DNA from: a virus
Lineage: Duplodnaviria > Caudoviricetes
Virus record (IMG/VR): IMGVR_UViG_3300013137_000072
Location: 1-30,507 of that record
Strand: one strand, 5' to 3'
Length of the DNA: 30,507 nucleotides
The position numbers and the translations under genes were made by a program. Below, piece by piece: positions 25,574 to 30,507 of the stretch (position 1 is its first letter; every line of letters starts with the position of its first letter). The notes beneath the pieces were generated by a model, which ran no database searches, had not been told where the DNA came from, and saw nothing but the letters and a program-made list of their open reading frames with translations.

Positions 25574-27429
25574 CAGCGCTTACCATCCGGTCTGCCGTCA
25601 AGCCTTGGTGTACCTAACTGCCACTGTACGTTTAAATCCTCAGATTGAATCTTAAACCCCATCTGACGGGCACGGGCACGGATAAATATCTGGTCGGTGT
25701 ACTGCTCAATGGGCACCGTGGTGGATCGGGTAACTGATGGGTTATTAGATGTGTTGTAGTTTGACCCCGGGAAGTTCCGTGGCCTCATGGTCATATATAC
25801 AAGCGGACTCGTAGCCGTAGACCCCTCAAAGTTAATGTCAGGGATGATTCGCTTAATTAGCAATAAGTTGTCCCCATCACCAATATCAAAGTCATTAGTC
25901 TGGATATAGGAGGTCATTGGCAAGGTATCGTCGTTTGCACCCTGCTCGTGGTTAAAGACGTAGTTCCCGCCAACCGCCTGTGGATACTGACGCAGGGGTG
26001 TATCGAGCCAAGCAGTTCGAGAGATAGAGCCGTAATACCAGATACGCTCCATGTAGTTATAAATCACGTAACTGTCGTTTACACTGGAGTTCTGGCTCGG
26101 GTAGAACCACCAAATCTCATGCCAGCCTTCGTTCGTGCCGCATACAACTTGAGGTGCTTGGTTGTAGTTAAAGTTATTAAATACGTGATTACGCAGTGTG
26201 CAAGGCAGCGTCTCAACTCGGCCTGAGTAGGCATAGAACTTATCTGTACCCATCCAGTAGGTCACGTTATTAGCCGTGATACAAGCCCGGGGAGACATGA
26301 TTGAGATGTTGTCAGCCAACTCCTGCAAGGAGAACACATCCGTTGTACCAGTGAACTGTAATGAGTACAGGTGTGAGTCAGTAAATACTAGCGTCTCCTG
26401 CCGGGTAGGTAGCGCCCTGATAATCCTTGATCCACGAGATACTCGGATAAAACCTGCGGAATTTGTCGGGGTTGGCGCCCAGTTAACAGGATCATCCTGA
26501 TTAGCCCACCTAATAAGAAGGGGGTCAAAATCACCAGTGCTACTAGAGCCGTAAGGCACGCAGCCAAAAGCGAGTAGATGCTTATCGTTTTGTGATACAA
26601 GAATTTGCATGGCTTCAACGGGGACACTTGCGGCTCCTGATAAAGAAGAAAGCAACACGGCACGGGTATTAAATGCCCCCGTGTACTCCCAGATATAGAT
26701 TGGGCCATTACGGATATTGGCGATCAGGTCATTATCAAAGTTATCCATGAACCAGTCACGCTGCTGGTCTACAACCGGCGTAAGCGCACCCTCGCCCCAC
26801 GTTAACCGACCCCAAGCACCAGCACCCCAGCCGTAACCATAGGCGATATACGGGTTGCCAATGTTGATCTGAAAGGCCGCTGTGATGGCTGTGCCGCCGC
26901 CGTTAGTTGTCGTGCTCGTAGCAGCGCTGGTCGTCTGAATGGTGAAGTTATTACCATCTACTACGGTTTGGATCTGAAACTCTGCATTAAACTCGGCTTG
27001 AGGGATACCGCCTATCGGGCCAACAACGCCTGAAAAAGTAACGTAAGAGCCAGCCGTAGCACCGTGGCTATTAATATTGACGTTTACTATTCTTGACAGG
27101 TTGGTGGTGTCAAAGCAGTTATCTGTAGTTGGGGTAGTAAGAGTCACCCGTAGTGGCGTGATGTCAACTAAGTTGCCGCCAATCTCAATGTATAACTTCT
27201 CGTTAGTCCCCATCCCCATGATGTTGTCGGACTCGGTAGTAATGTAGTTATACATCTGACGGCAAATGCCAGCCAGCGTAAAAAGGCCATAGCGCAGCCA
27301 GCCACCAATCTTTTGCGGGAATCCTGACCGGAAGCGGATCTTGTCGCACTCATAGAACCCGCCCTCACCAGCGTAGTTCGTCTGGTCTCGGTTTAGTCCG
27401 GGCTTGAACTGAAGGCGTGAGAGTGGCAT
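25573..27429 (-). CDS. Tail tube/head-stabilisation protein (P22 gp10 / T7 gp12-like)
   Basis: 618 aa, beta-rich with propeller-like repeats (IRWANQDD, TYWMG..KFYAYSG, EIWWFYP, YNY.E..W), located between lysis and ejection genes. Family assignment is by position and pattern. Confidence 0.65.
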   Translation of the reverse strand: MPLSRLQFKPGLNRDQTNYAGEGGFYECDKIRFRSGFPQKIGGWLRYGLFTLAGICRQMYNYITTESDNIMGMGTNEKLYIEIGGNLVDITPLRVTLTTPTTDNCFDTTNLSRIVNVNINSHGATAGSYVTFSGVVGPIGGIPQAEFNAEFQIQTVVDGNNFTIQTTSAATSTTTNGGGTAITAAFQINIGNPYIAYGYGWGAGAWGRLTWGEGALTPVVDQQRDWFMDNFDNDLIANIRNGPIYIWEYTGAFNTRAVLLSSLSGAASVPVEAMQILVSQNDKHLLAFGCVPYGSSSTGDFDPLLIRWANQDDPVNWAPTPTNSAGFIRVSRGSRIIRALPTRQETLVFTDSHLYSLQFTGTTDVFSLQELADNISIMSPRACITANNVTYWMGTDKFYAYSGRVETLPCTLRNHVFNNFNYNQAPQVVCGTNEGWHEIWWFYPSQNSSVNDSYVIYNYMERIWYYGSISRTAWLDTPLRQYPQAVGGNYVFNHEQGANDDTLPMTSYIQTNDFDIGDGDNLLLIKRIIPDINFEGSTATSPLVYMTMRPRNFPGSNYNTSNNPSVTRSTTVPIEQYTDQIFIRARARQMGFKIQSEDLNVQWQLGTPRLDGRPDGKR

Positions 27430-27893
27430 TAGGCAACAAGTCCTTTTAAATACACCGTTTTACCGCCCTGCTTAGTAGCCGTCAAGTTCTCTTTCTTGAG
27501 GTTGGCAGGGTCGTAGGAGACATGAACCCATCCCGAATCTGGCACTCCGGGGGTGTAGAACTCAAGGATTAACTGGGTGTAGTCGAGGTTCTCCATAACC
27601 CACACGGCTAGGTCTGCGTTGGGCACACCGGGAATCTCAATGTCAGCGGCTTGTCCTTTACAATGGTCGGAGGTTTTGGAGCCACCCACCTTTGCGTTGA
27701 CCTCGGGATGCCTGAAGCCTGAGTTGACCTTAACTCCCCGCTGGAAATGATCACGGACGGGCTGCAATACCTTCTCACAGAGTGTTTTAAGATTAGCAAT
27801 CTCAGCCTCCCCGGGTGTGTTGTCCATGTCGTGCCGAAGAGCAGTCTCGCTCTTGACCAATTCCTCAAGCGTAAAGTTAGCGGTCAGGTTCAT
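27429..27893 (-). CDS. Endolysin, peptidase M15A (Zn D-Ala-D-Ala peptidase fold)
   Basis: NFTLEEL, VNSGFR, SDHCKGQAADI (SxHxxGxAxD), WVHVS. Confidence 0.9.
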   Translation of the reverse strand: MNLTANFTLEELVKSETALRHDMDNTPGEAEIANLKTLCEKVLQPVRDHFQRGVKVNSGFRHPEVNAKVGGSKTSDHCKGQAADIEIPGVPNADLAVWVMENLDYTQLILEFYTPGVPDSGWVHVSYDPANLKKENLTATKQGGKTVYLKGLVA

Positions 27894-28330
27894 TTCTTCT
27901 GATCCAAGAGTTCATCAAGTTGCTGGGATTTCTCCTTGGAGCCAGCGCTAGAACCAAAGTAGTACCCAAGCACCATAGTCATAGCCGAGGTTAGCGCACC
28001 CAGCACGTAGATCAGGATGTCCTTGGACTGGCTGTTTACCTCAACGAATATGATGACCAAGAACAGGATAAAGGTCAGCGACACCGTGCCCAGCGCTAGG
28101 ATCGGGGTCACAATCTTATTTATAGTCGGCGCAAACTCACTTGTGGCAATCTCAATCTCCCGCTTACGGGCTGAGTCCATCTCTTTAACGTGCGCCTCAA
28201 GTTCGGCTAACTGACCCTTCTGGGCCATCTCCATGAGCGTTGCTTGTGCCTTGGCCTTGGCTTCGGGGTCGGGCAGAACCTTGTCTAAGACTTTTTCCCC
28301 GATGCTTAGTAGCGCTGCAATCGGAATCAT
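27890..28330 (-). CDS. Putative holin
   Basis: Start MIPIAALL at 28330 (ATGA overlap); amphipathic N-terminus, SARKRE, two TM helices, YYFGSS motif; directly upstream of the endolysin. Confidence 0.75.
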   Translation of the reverse strand: MIPIAALLSIGEKVLDKVLPDPEAKAKAQATLMEMAQKGQLAELEAHVKEMDSARKREIEIATSEFAPTINKIVTPILALGTVSLTFILFLVIIFVEVNSQSKDILIYVLGALTSAMTMVLGYYFGSSAGSKEKSQQLDELLDQKK

Positions 28331-28785
28331 AGGTGCCCTTTCATTATGTAATAAATAGTTACTAAGAAGAACGATATGGTGAAGCACCAGATCTTCAAGG
28401 CTCTTAATTTAGCCAGATCCCTGCCAAACTCGTCCTTGCCTTCTTTTACTTCTTTCATCTGGCGCTCTTTAATTGCCAGAATCTCAACCCATTCCTTCTC
28501 GGCCTCAAACTTGCCGTACCGCTCTATTAAACTATCCTTTAATTCGTTTTCTGCTTCTTTAATTTGCTTTAATCTGCGCCACTCAGCAAAGGCGGTCATG
28601 ATTGTGGTATCGCCTGTAACAACCCGCTGCCTTTGTTTAAACGCCTGCTTGGCTTGTAACTCGGCTACACCTAGACGCTGAATGTCATCTACCGCAGACG
28701 ACAACTCCTTGCCGGACTGAATCGCCGATTTGATTCCCTGCGTGGCACCTTTTGCCGCAGTCAGTATTGGGTCTAAATCTGACAA
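28327..28785 (-). CDS. Coiled-coil protein with C-terminal membrane anchor
   Basis: TTG start after AAAAGGA; helical body; hydrophobic IWCFTISFFLVTIYYIM tail. Confidence 0.7.
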   Translation of the reverse strand: MSDLDPILTAAKGATQGIKSAIQSGKELSSAVDDIQRLGVAELQAKQAFKQRQRVVTGDTTIMTAFAEWRRLKQIKEAENELKDSLIERYGKFEAEKEWVEILAIKERQMKEVKEGKDEFGRDLAKLRALKIWCFTISFFLVTIYYIMKGHL

Positions 28786-28796
28786 GATTCATCCTT

Positions 28797-29006
28797 TTAG
28801 AACACGCCGCCACCAGCAGCGGGTAGTGTTGTCGCATGGATTGATACGTTTTGCTGGAGATCTAGGTCAACTCCACAGTCGGCGCAGGTGTCAGCCTCTA
28901 ACTCAGACTCATCCAAGTCATACCCACAGGCTTTGCAAAGCAGTTCTACTTCGTGCTTTGGGACTATGGTGCCGTCAATGTCCTGCGCTTCGACTATGCG
29001 TTTCAT
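28797..29006 (-). CDS. Small zinc-ribbon protein
   Basis: CKACG...CADCG pairs in an acidic 69-aa protein, in line with the operon. Confidence 0.7.
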   Translation of the reverse strand: MKRIVEAQDIDGTIVPKHEVELLCKACGYDLDESELEADTCADCGVDLDLQQNVSIHATTLPAAGGGVF

Positions 29007-29008
29007 AT

Positions 29009-29596
29009 TTACCCCTGAACAGCAGCCATTAACTGCTCAACCGTTGTGCAGGCGGCAATCGCAGCCTCTTTCTCAGCACACAGCGCTACAACCGCAGCAC
29101 GGTCAGCCATCACGTCACCGGGAATCTCCACGTTGCGCTCGGCCTTACGAATTACCATCCAGTCGGTCTGAGCCAGTTCGGAGTTTGCAGCGGCCTTGGT
29201 TTGGGCGATCCACTGGGACTTGAGACCTTTAGTGACCAGACGCTCTGCGGAATCAACCATTGCAGGCTCGCCATCAACCACGCCCAAGACCTGAACGTAC
29301 ATTGGGTTGCCCTGCTGGTCTACTTCTTCCCTGTCCTCAAGGGCCTTGGGGGTTGCGGTGTAGGTTGCCTCGACGGTCTGGTTGGTCTCGTTGACACGAT
29401 AGGATGGGCCAGTTACCCAGTAGAACCGCTGGTCTTGTTGAGTGCCTTGGATGACCTCGTAGACACCTACGGACTTGCGCTCTGCCTCGGTAGCGTTGCG
29501 GATAAATCTGGCTGAGTACTGCTTCTCGCCAATGACAAAGGCTACATCCGGCTGGATGAGTTGAACGATGTTACCGTTTTGAACTACTGCGAACAT
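29009..29596 (-). CDS. Tail fibre assembly chaperone-like protein
   Basis: Follows the tail fibre gene; C-terminal LAQTDWMVIRKAE...R motif of tail assembly chaperones; AAGGAG RBS. Confidence 0.65.
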   Translation of the reverse strand: MFAVVQNGNIVQLIQPDVAFVIGEKQYSARFIRNATEAERKSVGVYEVIQGTQQDQRFYWVTGPSYRVNETNQTVEATYTATPKALEDREEVDQQGNPMYVQVLGVVDGEPAMVDSAERLVTKGLKSQWIAQTKAAANSELAQTDWMVIRKAERNVEIPGDVMADRAAVVALCAEKEAAIAACTTVEQLMAAVQG

Positions 29597-29613
29597 AATG
29601 TTCTCCTTAAAAA

Positions 29614-30507
29614 TTATCGTGCGTTAGCAAATTGAAAGGGTGCCTCGGCAAAGGCGGCGTAGATAAATGTATTTGTGCCGTTTATTCCTGAACTGCTTGT
29701 TCTTATTTTGAAACCATTAGAGGTGAAATCCATGTTATGTGGGCCTCTGTTGGTGTTAAAAGTAGACTCGGAGTCACTTGAATTAGGTGATATTCCTAAT
29801 GTAGCCACGTTATATGTATCTCTTTTATTATCAAGCAAAGTCCACCATTGAGTTGTATTAGTGGTTTTGACCAATATAAAAGCGGGTCTAAATCCAAGAT
29901 ATATAAATGGCCCGTCATTAGAATTGTTGCCCGTATACGAACCAAAGGCAGAGTACCCCGCTACTGCGGCGAAGCAGTAGGCTACAAATGTATTACCGCT
30001 TCCATTAACACCGTCTGCACTACCTACCGTAAAGACAGTTGAAGTGGGAGAAGTATTATTCCAAGCAGCCGTTAAAGTTGAGGAACCGTTTGTTGAACTT
30101 AAATCAAGATAAGCCGTATTTCCAATAGAGGAGTGATAAACTGGCCATATTGTCGCCCCAGTTGAATTATTACGACATTTTATTATAAACATTGAAGGTG
30201 CTACACCAAGTCCGTGTCCAATAGTTGAACTTGTTACACCAGCGCCAGAATACGTCACAATACTAAACCCAGAGGTCGTGTTTGCTGAGACTGTCGAGGT
30301 TATGGTTCCTGCGGTGTTAGATGAGCCAGCACCGTTGGCTTTCCAGTTCCATGCTACAAATGTCTCCGAACTAGCGTTCATTGACGAAACAGAACCAAGC
30401 GAAAAACCATCGCTGTTAAACGCAGTTAGCGAGTTTGTTTCTGTTTGCTCGGCTGAAGTTTGTGATGATGACAGGGTTAAGGTTGTACCACGAACCGCAT
30501 CAACTAG
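29614..30507 (-). CDS. Tail fibre/receptor-binding protein with repeated beta modules, 5'-truncated
   Basis: Frame open to the window end (LVDAVRGTTLTL...FNSDGFSLG); repeated units SIVTYSG..GHGLG..P..IIK..W / FGSYTGN..LGFRP..LVK..W; Ser/Thr/Asn/Gly-rich. Confidence 0.75.
   Translation of the reverse strand, partial: LVDAVRGTTLTLSSSQTSAEQTETNSLTAFNSDGFSLGSVSSMNASSETFVAWNWKANGAGSSNTAGTITSTVSANTTSGFSIVTYSGAGVTSSTIGHGLGVAPSMFIIKCRNNSTGATIWPVYHSSIGNTAYLDLSSTNGSSTLTAAWNNTSPTSTVFTVGSADGVNGSGNTFVAYCFAAVAGYSAFGSYTGNNSNDGPFIYLGFRPAFILVKTTNTTQWWTLLDNKRDTYNVATLGISPNSSDSESTFNTNRGPHNMDFTSNGFKIRTSSSGINGTNTFIYAAFAEAPFQFANAR

Noticed and set aside
28331-28387. ORF-track upstream starts for the holin, and likewise 4563, 12158 and 3299
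   Set aside because: Downstream ATGs have better RBS or stop-start coupling and avoid long overlaps.

Overview
Central 30.5-kb segment of a tailed dsDNA phage, probably podovirus-like. The gene families resemble uncultured freshwater phages, but that ecological link is inference. Two convergent arms meet at about 12410-12516. The + strand (1-12409) is a replication/early module: VRR-NUC nuclease, family A DNA polymerase (Leu762 type), Cas4/RecB-like exonuclease, DUF3310, small accessory ORFs, HNH, SNF2 helicase, SSB-like protein, HTH and primase-helicase. The - strand (12515-30507) is a virion/lysis module: truncated tail-fibre protein, tail chaperone, holin, M15 endolysin, tail tube/stabilisation protein, three ejection-type proteins and a 2905-aa polyvalent protein. 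No capsid, terminase or integrase is in the window. Two observations stand out. (1) The gap between the arms holds a candidate ~95-nt small RNA with its own putative promoter and terminator and three anti-Shine-Dalgarno CUCCU modules. One module is a perfect 10-nt antisense match to the identical RBS (ACCAAGAGGA) of the first genes behind two sigma70-like promoters, suggesting a phage antisense translational switch. (2) The giant, probably injected protein fuses an Hsp90/MORC-like GHKL ATPase with two HExxH metalloprotease domains. All calls come from reading motifs by eye; no database searches or folding programs were run.
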